Below, in pieces: positions 21,113 to 28,857 of a stretch of DNA of 64,000 bases. Location: the IMG/VR virus record IMGVR_UViG_3300027704_000022, positions 2,791-66,790 of that record; one strand, 5' to 3'. The notes beneath the pieces are model-generated. The model made no database searches. It saw nothing but the letters and a program-made list of their open reading frames with translations, and was not told the DNA's origin. This stretch comes from a virus. Position numbers and translations under genes: made by a program. Each line of letters opens with the position of its first letter. Positions within the stretch are counted from its first letter, which is position 1.

Positions 21113-22154
21113 CGTCTTGACTTATTCCTAAAACTCTGGCTTTCCATTCGGACATACCCTCTAGCCTCTCAGCTTCCTCCTTGATAGATTCTTTTTGCAT
21201 CTCCGCGATGTGGACCATTGTTTCTCTTTCTTGTTGTTCTTGGAAAAGTTGGACGATAGCGAGAAATGAGGCATTTTCTTTATGCATTTTTTTCATCCTA
21301 TCTCCCCTGTCTCCCTGTAGCTTCTTGGTTAGATTCTCAATGCGAGTTTCGCACTGGTGATACTCCCCACTCTTAGCTTTAATAATCTCAGCTAGCCTTA
21401 TAGACATCTCTTGTTGTTCATCGGCATCGTCGAACATGCTGTTCAATTTGTTTAGATGTGCGCTTATTACTTCTAAGTTAATAACTTCTTTGCAAACATT
21501 CAGGTAAAGATTTAATTCGTCCGCTGTTAGATCGGGTTTGTCCCATGTCAGCCGAATAAATTCATGCTCAAACAACACTCTGTCTTCTGAATTTAATAAA
21601 TTATTAATAATTTTAAGAAATCTAGAATTAGAAAGGTTGATTCCTAGCCTTTCTACACAAATCTGCTTTTGTCTATTAATCCTTTGTTCATTTAATGTCT
21701 GTCCAGTAGCATCATTTATCTTTTTTATGATTCTAGAGGGGGATCTTGGCGCAAGATATGAGTTTAAAGCCCCCGAATCTTGAGACGGCAACATATCTGG
21801 GTTAACTTCCCTGATTTTTTCTAAAACTACACGCTGCTCCGAACTCAAAGGCTTTACATTCCTAGACGGGAAAACAATTTTAGCTATTTCCAATGAGGAC
21901 AACCCCTCTTGGGCTTGTTGTAAAATGAACGTACCCTGTTCACTAGTCAGATTTATAACTTCTGCTGGGATTCTACAAGTAGTATTGAATTTTATAGAGT
22001 TCTCCACCAAGAACTTTCTAACAGCCCTCCCCTCTTTAGACCTTCCATCTAAAAGTTCATCGCCAAAACATTTCTTAGTCAGATCAATGAGATCTGGCAT
22101 TTCATTAGCATGAACCCTTAAGAATTCTTTTTGTTCTTTATTAAGATCCATCAC
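21102..22154 (-). CDS. Hypothetical helical protein, possible terminase small subunit
   Basis: 350 aa with an HTH-like segment (GLSSLEIAKIVF) and a coiled coil, two genes upstream of TerL. Confidence 0.35.
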   Translation of the reverse strand: MMDLNKEQKEFLRVHANEMPDLIDLTKKCFGDELLDGRSKEGRAVRKFLVENSIKFNTTCRIPAEVINLTSEQGTFILQQAQEGLSSLEIAKIVFPSRNVKPLSSEQRVVLEKIREVNPDMLPSQDSGALNSYLAPRSPSRIIKKINDATGQTLNEQRINRQKQICVERLGINLSNSRFLKIINNLLNSEDRVLFEHEFIRLTWDKPDLTADELNLYLNVCKEVINLEVISAHLNKLNSMFDDADEQQEMSIRLAEIIKAKSGEYHQCETRIENLTKKLQGDRGDRMKKMHKENASFLAIVQLFQEQQERETMVHIAEMQKESIKEEAERLEGMSEWKARVLGISQDDAI

Positions 22155-22812
22155 CTATAATATCTTGGTCTTTGAGAATATCTATAGCTACTTGAAGAAA
22201 TTTTTTCTTTAAGTTCTTAACTTGTCTATAACCAAGCTTCTTTTTTTGAGGGGAAATCTTATAACCCATGAATTTAGCGACATCTTCTTCACTGCTACTT
22301 TCAAAGTATAACATTTGATAAGCTATGTAGTGGTTGGCGCTCAAACGCGCCTCCATTTCAATATTTAACTTTCCCACAGACAATGGGAAATCAAAATCCA
22401 AATATTCTTTATTAGAGACTTCTTTTATAAAATCTTCAGTAGAAAGCGGGATCTTTAATTCTAATCCTGCTTTTTTTGACTTTTCCCATTTACTGCATAT
22501 AGAACAGTGGGCGTGAGAGTGATCGGGTAATTGGTAATCGGGGCAGGGATTGACATAATTGCCGTAATGATTTCTCACTAGGTTTCTTATTTGATTAGAT
22601 ATGATCCTACCTATCCACGGCTCAAGAGGACGACTCTGATCCCACATGTGCCATTTTTTAGCAATATGTATTTTTATGATTTGCTGAACATCCTCGAAAT
22701 CAAACCACTTAACAGCGTAAAGCCGCCATTTATATTGTTGTTTGCTTACCGCTTCGTCTATTACTTCAGAGAAGTCTTCATATGTATAATCACTTCTCTC
22801 TTTTCTTTTCAT
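22141..22812 (-). CDS. Phage sigma-70-like factor
   Basis: DFEDVQQ..WDQSRPLEPWI..IISNQIRN resembles region 2; C-terminal HTH (SEEDVAKFMG); ATG at 22812. Confidence 0.65.
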   Translation of the reverse strand: MKRKERSDYTYEDFSEVIDEAVSKQQYKWRLYAVKWFDFEDVQQIIKIHIAKKWHMWDQSRPLEPWIGRIISNQIRNLVRNHYGNYVNPCPDYQLPDHSHAHCSICSKWEKSKKAGLELKIPLSTEDFIKEVSNKEYLDFDFPLSVGKLNIEMEARLSANHYIAYQMLYFESSSEEDVAKFMGYKISPQKKKLGYRQVKNLKKKFLQVAIDILKDQDIIGDGS

Positions 22813-23131
22813 TAATAAAATCATTAACAGATTGAGTATTATCCCTTCGATTTGTTTCGATTGGGGTTGGCTCACCTAATAACGACCCTATTGTTCGATT
22901 AGAAATATCAGAGCTTTCAAATTCTACTTGAAAATTACTGATTTCAGGAACGAATTCAGCATCCGTCTCATCTGACGAAATAACCGAAGATTTTCTTTCT
23001 ATAGCAGAAGTCTTTGCAGAAACAGCAGCAACTGTAGAATTTAAAGGTTGTCCGCACTTATTACAGAAATTGGGTTTTGCGTTTGCAAAAGAAATTTTAG
23101 AGCCGCAACTCTGACAGAATAAATGAGCCAT
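22790..23131 (-). CDS. Zinc-ribbon protein
   Basis: FCQSCG..NFCNKCG motif. Confidence 0.7.
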   Translation of the reverse strand: MAHLFCQSCGSKISFANAKPNFCNKCGQPLNSTVAAVSAKTSAIERKSSVISSDETDAEFVPEISNFQVEFESSDISNRTIGSLLGEPTPIETNRRDNTQSVNDFINEKKREK

Positions 23132-23251
23132 ACTATATATTCTACTAGTTATATATTAATTTTCAAAAAAAACAAGGTTTGATGCGTTCTTTTATGTATA
23201 AGCTGTTCGCCGCTTCCGCGTTAACGCATTTCTTGTCTATAACATATGTTA

Positions 23252-23968
23252 TTACACCTTTCCCCAGTTTTGTAACTTAGAAATGATGAATTTTAAAATT
23301 TTACTTCTAACAATGTCTTTATTGGTGAACTTAAAGGTCGTAATGCCATTTTCGATAGAATCATCAGTAGAAAAGACATCAACCATCTTTTTGAACCCCG
23401 TTTTCCCATCAATATCACTTTGCATAAAGTCTCCACATATGACTAGCTTAGTATTTTCACCAATACGAGTAATCAAAGTCGTCAATTCCTTAAATGTGAA
23501 GTTTTGAGCTTCATCCGCAACTATAAGTTTGTTTTCCCAGTTCGCGCCCCTCAAAAAGTTTATAGGTATAGCGTTCACCCTTTCTTTTTGCTTTAAGTAA
23601 GCCGTATCGCCCTCATGTATTATTTCTTCCAGCTTATCATAAAGAGGCAGCGTGAAAAGGTTGAATTTCTCCGACATATCTCCAGGAAGGCTACCTAGAC
23701 CTTTATCTGCACTTTCTACGATACTTCGGACATAAAGGAGGTCTTTGTCTGAATCTTCAGACATTAACCTCAAACATCCGTATAAAGACATGTAGGTTTT
23801 ACTCGAACCCGCAGGTCCAGATACAAACATTATTTTTACATCTGGGTTTAATAGCATATCTAGGAATTTATGCTGATTCGGGGTAAATTTAAATTTCCTC
23901 TTCTTGAATTTTATTGAAAAAAAACTGTGAGGCTCCAACTGAATATCAGAAAGCTTCTTTGATCCCAT
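23252..23968 (-). CDS. phoH: PhoH family ATPase
   Basis: GPAGSSKT, LGSLPG, FLRG, DEAQN, TRIG and GDFMQSD motifs. Confidence 0.92.
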   Translation of the reverse strand: MGSKKLSDIQLEPHSFFSIKFKKRKFKFTPNQHKFLDMLLNPDVKIMFVSGPAGSSKTYMSLYGCLRLMSEDSDKDLLYVRSIVESADKGLGSLPGDMSEKFNLFTLPLYDKLEEIIHEGDTAYLKQKERVNAIPINFLRGANWENKLIVADEAQNFTFKELTTLITRIGENTKLVICGDFMQSDIDGKTGFKKMVDVFSTDDSIENGITTFKFTNKDIVRSKILKFIISKLQNWGKV

Positions 23969-23989
23969 ATGTTATATATTACACTGAAT

Positions 23990-24856
23990 TTACAGTTTTA
24001 CCTGTTTAATTGTAGCTGTAGTCTTAATTGTCTCCCCTCCTTGAGCCGAATACGATTCGGTCAAAACTCTCGCGCCAGCAGGGAATTTAATCAAATCATC
24101 AATAGGACTTGATACCCCTACGCCAACACTCCCCTGCATGTTTAATTTAACCTGTAAAGTATTGGTCAATGCTTCCCCACTAAATCCTATCAAGCTATTT
24201 AAACCTGTAGACGATACAGATATCTCCTCCTCCACTCCATCCAATAACATAGAAGACGCATTAACCGAACCTAACCCGTAAATTGGGGTGCGGGTGTATG
24301 CTCTGCTGAAATTTATTTGAGATTGAACTTGTCCCAACACAGCCTCGCTATCAATAATAGAACACGTATGACCATAAACAATCAAATCAGTATCTAATTT
24401 AGGACTTGAACTACCTATACCTACAAAATTAGTATTCCCACTTATAGTCCCACCCACAGCAGGATCTAATGAAACAAAATTAGCACTCAAAATCACTGGC
24501 TCAAATGGACTCACACTCAACGACACATCTTTAGCGTAACACTTGTTATATATCCCACTACCCAACTTCATCGTTACAAAATTATCCTGATTAGCATCCA
24601 ATAAAAAATCCAACCCCGATACCATCCCAGATTGCAATAAACAACTAATAGAGATATCCGCAGATAATGCACTATTGAAGGTAAACTGATCAGCCGCATC
24701 AACTGTCTTACCCAATTTACGCCTCACACTAGACGCAGTATTGTAGCTCACGCTCGCTTGGGTGGCTGGTAGATAATCGTTAACCTCATTCGGCGGACTC
24801 GACCCGACCCCGACTTGACCTATGTAGACTGGGAATTCACTGTATGGTAGACTCAT
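23990..24856 (-). CDS. Tail-tube-like structural protein
   Basis: Beta-rich; SQINFSRAYTRTPIYGLGS resembles SASISLPLSRSPIDRLGS of the tail tube; GTGTAA motif upstream. Confidence 0.5.
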   Translation of the reverse strand: MSLPYSEFPVYIGQVGVGSSPPNEVNDYLPATQASVSYNTASSVRRKLGKTVDAADQFTFNSALSADISISCLLQSGMVSGLDFLLDANQDNFVTMKLGSGIYNKCYAKDVSLSVSPFEPVILSANFVSLDPAVGGTISGNTNFVGIGSSSPKLDTDLIVYGHTCSIIDSEAVLGQVQSQINFSRAYTRTPIYGLGSVNASSMLLDGVEEEISVSSTGLNSLIGFSGEALTNTLQVKLNMQGSVGVGVSSPIDDLIKFPAGARVLTESYSAQGGETIKTTATIKQVKL

Positions 24857-25093
24857 TTGTTGTTATTACACTAATTAGTTATTAATTATAGGGGGGCGTG
24901 TTTTTTTTTAAACAAACAATCTAAATCATAACCCCGTCAGCGATTGGCCCAAGAATGGGTGGGGGTATGGCTGTTGAGAAATTGAAGTTAGACTCCCCCC
25001 CCGCGTATGCTACGCAAAACCCAACTAAATTTTTCAGAAATGGGGGAGGGTGTCAAGTATTAAGTGAAAATATATTTAGAAAATTAATAGTAA

Positions 25094-25129
25094 AAAAAGC
25101 TTTTTGTTTGTTCTGTTCTGTGATAAAAT
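25094..25129 (+). promoter_or_regulatory. Early-type promoter (AAAAGCTTTT class)
   Basis: AAAAGCTTTT box with TAAAAT at 25124, 6 nt before the ATG. Confidence 0.55.
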
Positions 25130-25135
25130 ATCCCC

Positions 25136-25372
25136 ATGACAACGCAAGAGGAATACAAGCAAGAACTAAAGAAGCAAGCTCGCAAATTACTCGCTTACCG
25201 TTTCGGCGGTGGCATCCCAGTAAAGCGGTCTCGCATCTTCTTTGCCGAAGTAAATAAGACCGCCAAATTAATCATTAAATCTTCAAGTCACTGCGAAACC
25301 TGCAACGGCACTGGCTGGATTCCTGAAGTATATCAGGGCGAGAGGGAGTGGAGCTGCTGCCAAGATTGCTAA
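25136..25372 (+). CDS. Small early protein with CxxCxGxG zinc finger
   Basis: CETCNGTG..CQDC motif; own promoter. Confidence 0.7.
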   Translation: MTTQEEYKQELKKQARKLLAYRFGGGIPVKRSRIFFAEVNKTAKLIIKSSSHCETCNGTGWIPEVYQGEREWSCCQDC

Positions 25373-25450
25373 GATTGCACAGGATTTTAAGCCGTCAAAT
25401 AATAGTAGAAAAAGCTTTTCTTAAATCAAAAATTACACTATAATACCGAC

Positions 25451-25645
25451 ATGACCGCAACACTAGAGCAAGTCCAAAGCACCTACAAAAATCTTGGCGT
25501 AATGAATAGCTGGGACGAAAACCCTGAAGAGTTTCAGAATATGATCTCTCAAAAGTGGCAACGTCGTACCGTCTATACGGGCGCGACTTACGAGACTCAA
25601 GCTTGTCACGAAAATAAAACCTTCTGGAAAGTCTACACCTCCTAA
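25451..25645 (+). CDS. Small early hypothetical protein
   Basis: TATAAT at 25439, 6 nt before the ATG. Confidence 0.65.
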   Translation: MTATLEQVQSTYKNLGVMNSWDENPEEFQNMISQKWQRRTVYTGATYETQACHENKTFWKVYTS

Positions 25646-25665
25646 AAAAACATTTAAAAGGGGGG

Positions 25666-25695
25666 TTGACAATCCCCCCGCCTTTCAACTATAAT
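25666..25695 (+). promoter_or_regulatory. Sigma70-type promoter
   Basis: TTGACA-18-TATAAT. Confidence 0.75.
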
Positions 25696-25701
25696 CTCAC
25701 C

Positions 25702-25833
25702 ATGACCATGACACAAGAAACGAAAGAAGCATTAGCAGCAATGGCCCAAGCCGAAGACTCTTGGAATAAGATGATTGACGAAGTTGTCGAAGCCTCCGAA
25801 AAAGCCCAAGAAGAGCCAACAGAAACACAATAG
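25702..25833 (+). CDS. Small acidic early protein (paralog of 27748-27915)
   Basis: Read manually: MTMTQETKEALAAMAQAEDSWNKMIDEVVEAS.., 43 aa. Confidence 0.7.
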   Translation: MTMTQETKEALAAMAQAEDSWNKMIDEVVEASEKAQEEPTETQ

Positions 25834-25838
25834 AAACT

Positions 25839-26063
25839 ATGAACATACACAATTTCAAAGACCAATCCAACAAGGGCAAAGCCCTTCTTCTTCTTACTTA
25901 TCCTCTCGCCATCGGTGTGCATTACATGGAATGGCATAGGATGCGAAAGCTTCAGCGCATGATCAGAAAGTGGATCAGTGCCGCTTGCAAGAACCCGAAC
26001 GGGCATGAGGCTGAGATGGTTAAGGAGTGGAGCTATGAGCTTAACGACATCTATGGCAAGTAA
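25839..26063 (+). CDS. Small early protein with a hydrophobic segment
   Basis: 74-aa ORF in operon with the preceding gene. Confidence 0.6.
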   Translation: MNIHNFKDQSNKGKALLLLTYPLAIGVHYMEWHRMRKLQRMIRKWISAACKNPNGHEAEMVKEWSYELNDIYGK

Positions 26064-26159
26064 TGCTTTCGTCAAGTGAGTATAAACACGGTTAAGCGAT
26101 CTACAAGACGTAAAATAAATAGTGATCGTGGGTTTAGCTAGCCCTCTAAGAAATAGCTA

Positions 26160-26194
26160 GCCCGTCCCCTGAGTGGGGGGCGGGTTTTCTTTTT
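26160..26194 (+). terminator. Intrinsic terminator
   Basis: CCCGTCCCC-tgagt-GGGGGGCGGG hairpin plus T-run. Confidence 0.75.
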
Positions 26195-26304
26195 CGGGTG
26201 GTTGCTTGATATCAGGGTGTCACCTCATTTTAAATCAGAACGGTGAGAACGTCAAGCCTTTTAGGGTGAAAAAAGTAAATAAAAACATTTAAATAAAAAC
26301 GCTG

Positions 26305-26379
26305 TAACTCACTGAGCGATAGGGAGTTAGCGCGGTCGCCCCGCCCGATCCGCCTAACTCGTTGATACTCAACGAGTTA
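26305..26379. repeat. 75-bp twin-palindrome element, copy 1
   Basis: TAACTCACTGAGCGATAGGGAGTTA / 25-bp GC spacer / TAACTCGTTGATACTCAACGAGTTA. Confidence 0.95.
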
Positions 26380-26525
26380 CGAGGGTTTTCCCCATATAGG
26401 AAACTCAAGCCGATGTCAAGACTTTCCTCAAAGAAAAAGATGTCAAGCCTTTAAACAAGAAAAAGAATTTGTTTTCTATGTAGAAAAAGCTTTTAATTTC
26501 TGCGTTTCTAGAGTAGAATATGGGC

Positions 26526-26771
26526 ATGTCCAACATTACCAACTCGTTCAACGTCGTTAACCTAATCAATAAGCGTGTCACTTATACCACATCCAACAGC
26601 GGCAACACCCGCAAGTATATCCTCAAAAGCATCGACCGCATCGGTGACGGATTCGCAGTCTGTAAAGTTATCGATAAGAGCGACGATAAGAAGAGCGAAA
26701 AGCAAGTCTGGAAGACTCTGCGCTTCGACGGCATCTCGTCCCTTTCCCACTGCGGTGCGCTTGTTCGATAA
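26526..26771 (+). CDS. Small early protein, WYL-like/SH3-type barrel candidate
   Basis: RVTYTT..G.TRKY and WKTLRFDGI motifs; second ATG lies 6 nt after TAGAAT. Confidence 0.6.
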   Translation: MSNITNSFNVVNLINKRVTYTTSNSGNTRKYILKSIDRIGDGFAVCKVIDKSDDKKSEKQVWKTLRFDGISSLSHCGALVR

Positions 26772-26785
26772 TGCTAACTAGCTTC

Positions 26786-26812
26786 AAAGCCTCCCGAAAG
26801 GGAGGCTTTTTT
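26786..26812 (+). terminator. Intrinsic terminator
   Basis: GCCTCCC-GAAA-GGGAGGC plus T-run. Confidence 0.85.
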
Positions 26813-26890
26813 GCTTCCATGCCAAAAAAAAGATTAAAATACATACAGAAAAAGCTTTTGATTTCTGCGTTTCTAGATTAGAATATGCGC

Positions 26891-27187
26891 ATGTCCGATA
26901 CTACTACCGCACAACGCTACTTCGTCATCACCGTTCAGTCCTGCTCTGGCCCCGACATGGGGAAAACCCTTCTCCTTGGCTTTGGCAAATCCGAAAAAGA
27001 CGCTTGGAGGGACGCGGCTGGCGATTGGTATCCACGACACTGTCATGAGTGCGATGCCGATTTCTACGAATACAGGGGGACGGCGGGAAAGATGCTGTCA
27101 TTCACGGCTACTCCCGCTTTTTACGACACCGACCCAACCCCAATAGATCTCCTGACCGTATATCGGCAGTCGCGACTGGATCAGTGA
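26891..27187 (+). CDS. Small early protein (paralog of 27492-27692)
   Basis: LGFGKSEKDAWRDA..CHECDA; second ATG lies 6 nt after TAGAAT. Confidence 0.7.
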   Translation: MSDTTTAQRYFVITVQSCSGPDMGKTLLLGFGKSEKDAWRDAAGDWYPRHCHECDADFYEYRGTAGKMLSFTATPAFYDTDPTPIDLLTVYRQSRLDQ

Positions 27188-27202
27188 TCAGCCCCTGTGA
27201 TC

Positions 27203-27225
27203 GGCTCCCGAAAGGGAGCTTTTTT
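27203..27225 (+). terminator. Intrinsic terminator
   Basis: GCTCCC-GAAA-GGGAGC plus T-run. Confidence 0.85.
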
Positions 27226-27296
27226 GCTTGTAAAGAAAAAAAGAATTTCTTTTTTGCTTGACGCTTGAGCGGGAAACACTAAGGGGGAAAACGCTG

Positions 27297-27371
27297 TAAC
27301 TCACTGAGTAGTAGGGAGTTAGCGCGGGGCGGGGGGGCGTTCGCCCTAACTCGTTGAGTATCAACGAGTTA
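27297..27371. repeat. 75-bp twin-palindrome element, copy 2
   Basis: Palindromes at 27297-27321 and 27347-27371; G-rich (reversed) spacer. Confidence 0.95.
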
Positions 27372-27491
27372 CGAAGGTTTTCCCCGTAAAGAAAACTGAC
27401 GCTCATGTCAAGCATTTAAATCAGAAAAAAAAGATTAAAATACATGCAGAAAAAGCTTTTAAAAAATCAATTTTTAAGGTAAAATCTGCCC

Positions 27492-27692
27492 ATGCCTAGC
27501 ACTACCAAATACTACGTGATCGTCGGTCAGTCCTCCATCAATTTCGGGAACTTGTATCTCGGATATGGAAAATCAAAATCAGAGGCGTGGGATGACGCTA
27601 CGGGCGGCGGTCGCAGAAATCGCGACTGGGATTGTCGCGAATGCGACGCGACGATGTATCATTCTCACGGCGAACAGGGGTCGCTCATCTAA
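27492..27692 (+). CDS. Small early protein (paralog of 26891-27187)
   Basis: LGYGKSKSEAWDDA..CRECDA. Confidence 0.7.
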   Translation: MPSTTKYYVIVGQSSINFGNLYLGYGKSKSEAWDDATGGGRRNRDWDCRECDATMYHSHGEQGSLI

Positions 27693-27712
27693 AAAAACAT
27701 TTAAAAGGGGGG

Positions 27713-27741
27713 TTGACTCCCCCCTCATTTTCAACTAAAAT
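27713..27741 (+). promoter_or_regulatory. Sigma70-type promoter
   Basis: TTGACT-17-TAAAAT, a near copy of the 25666 promoter region. Confidence 0.7.
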
Positions 27742-27747
27742 ACCGAC

Positions 27748-27915
27748 ATGACAACGACAGAGGAAGCACTCGCAGCGATGGCCAAGGCAGAAGATTCTTG
27801 GAATAAAATGATTGATGAGACCGTTCAGATTTCTGGCCAGTTCCAAAAAGACTGTGAAGAGATTTTCGCAGACGCTCCAGAGAAGCCAGAGCAAGACGCA
27901 AGATTCCTCGCTTAA
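27748..27915 (+). CDS. Small acidic early protein (paralog of 25702-25833)
   Basis: Read manually: MTTTEEALAAMAKAEDSWNKMIDETVQ.., 55 aa. Confidence 0.7.
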   Translation: MTTTEEALAAMAKAEDSWNKMIDETVQISGQFQKDCEEIFADAPEKPEQDARFLA

Positions 27916-27925
27916 AAATAACAAT

Positions 27926-28069
27926 ATGAAAACACTAGCATTCTTCACCGCAATCTCTCTGTTCGTGGCGCTCATTGGAAATCTTGAGCTTCGCGACTGG
28001 GAAGCAGACCAGAAAATTAAATTAGAAAATCGTCAAAATATCTTTGACAAACTCTCCGAAAAACTTTAA
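27926..28069 (+). CDS. Small membrane/secreted early peptide
   Basis: MKTLAFFTAISLFVALIG hydrophobic N-terminus; likely true start of track ORF 27812. Confidence 0.5.
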   Translation: MKTLAFFTAISLFVALIGNLELRDWEADQKIKLENRQNIFDKLSEKL

Positions 28070-28081
28070 AATATCCTCGTT

Positions 28082-28384
28082 ATGAAAAACACATACTACC
28101 AAATGACCCCCAGCCAACTCGCCAAAAAGATCACCAATCGCGTGATCGAGTATCACAATGAAGGCGAGTCTTCCATCAAGAAAGATGGCATTCGCAAGTT
28201 CCTTGTGGAAGAAGTGCAAGCCGATGCTTTCTCCTCCGTCGAGAATCGTCGCTACCTCAAAGTGAAGACCCGCGATCTAGATGATGGCGGCAAGTCTAAA
28301 TTCCGCACAATTCACGTTGCGGGGATTTCCAAGGTGGACGGGAAAATCAAGACGGCTGCTCGGATGGTCAAATCAGTTTTTTAA
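28082..28384 (+). CDS. Small early protein, WYL-like/SH3-type barrel candidate
   Basis: RVIEY..GIRKF..DLDDG..FRTIHVAGI; TTGACA-17-TAAAAT promoter at 28044-28072. Confidence 0.6.
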   Translation: MKNTYYQMTPSQLAKKITNRVIEYHNEGESSIKKDGIRKFLVEEVQADAFSSVENRRYLKVKTRDLDDGGKSKFRTIHVAGISKVDGKIKTAARMVKSVF

Positions 28385-28428
28385 TGTGTGTGTGTTGCTA
28401 GCCTCCTTTGGTCGGGAGGTTGGCTTTT

Positions 28429-28476
28429 CCCCTCGTTTTCGGTCTTGATTACTTCCGAAAGCGAGGGGTTTTTTTT
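28429..28476 (+). terminator. Intrinsic terminator
   Basis: CCCCTCGTTTTCGG..CCGAAAGCGAGGGG plus T-run. Confidence 0.8.
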
Positions 28477-28547
28477 GCCTGTAAAGAAAAAAAGAATTTC
28501 TTTTTTGCTTGACTCTTGAGCGGGAAACACTAAGGGGAAAAACGCTG

Positions 28548-28622
28548 TAACTCGTTGAGTATCAGTGAGTTAGGCGGGGCGGCGGGGCGGATCGCGCTAA
28601 CTCGTTGAGTATCAGTGACTTA
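28548..28622. repeat. 75-bp twin-palindrome element, copy 3
   Basis: Palindromes at 28548-28572 and 28598-28622; reversed spacer. Confidence 0.95.
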
Positions 28623-28857
28623 GAGCGTTTTTTTGAGGCCCGTAAAGTGTTGGCGCTCAGGGGGTTATATCTATTTGCTTCGAAATGTTCTGACCTACGT
28701 ATTAAGGAGAAATGTCCTGACCTGCATTTAAAATAAAAAAAAAGCAAAAAAAAGGCAGAAAGATGTTGCACACAAGTGAGATCCTGTTACACTGTGCATG
28801 TCGCTGATGAACAACTGATTCGGGGGCATCAAACCAATAACAGCAAATAATATAGTT

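Noticed and set aside
24955-25257. 100-aa plus-strand ORF
   Set aside because: Runs through homopolymer tracts and a promoter and overlaps the better-supported 25136 gene.
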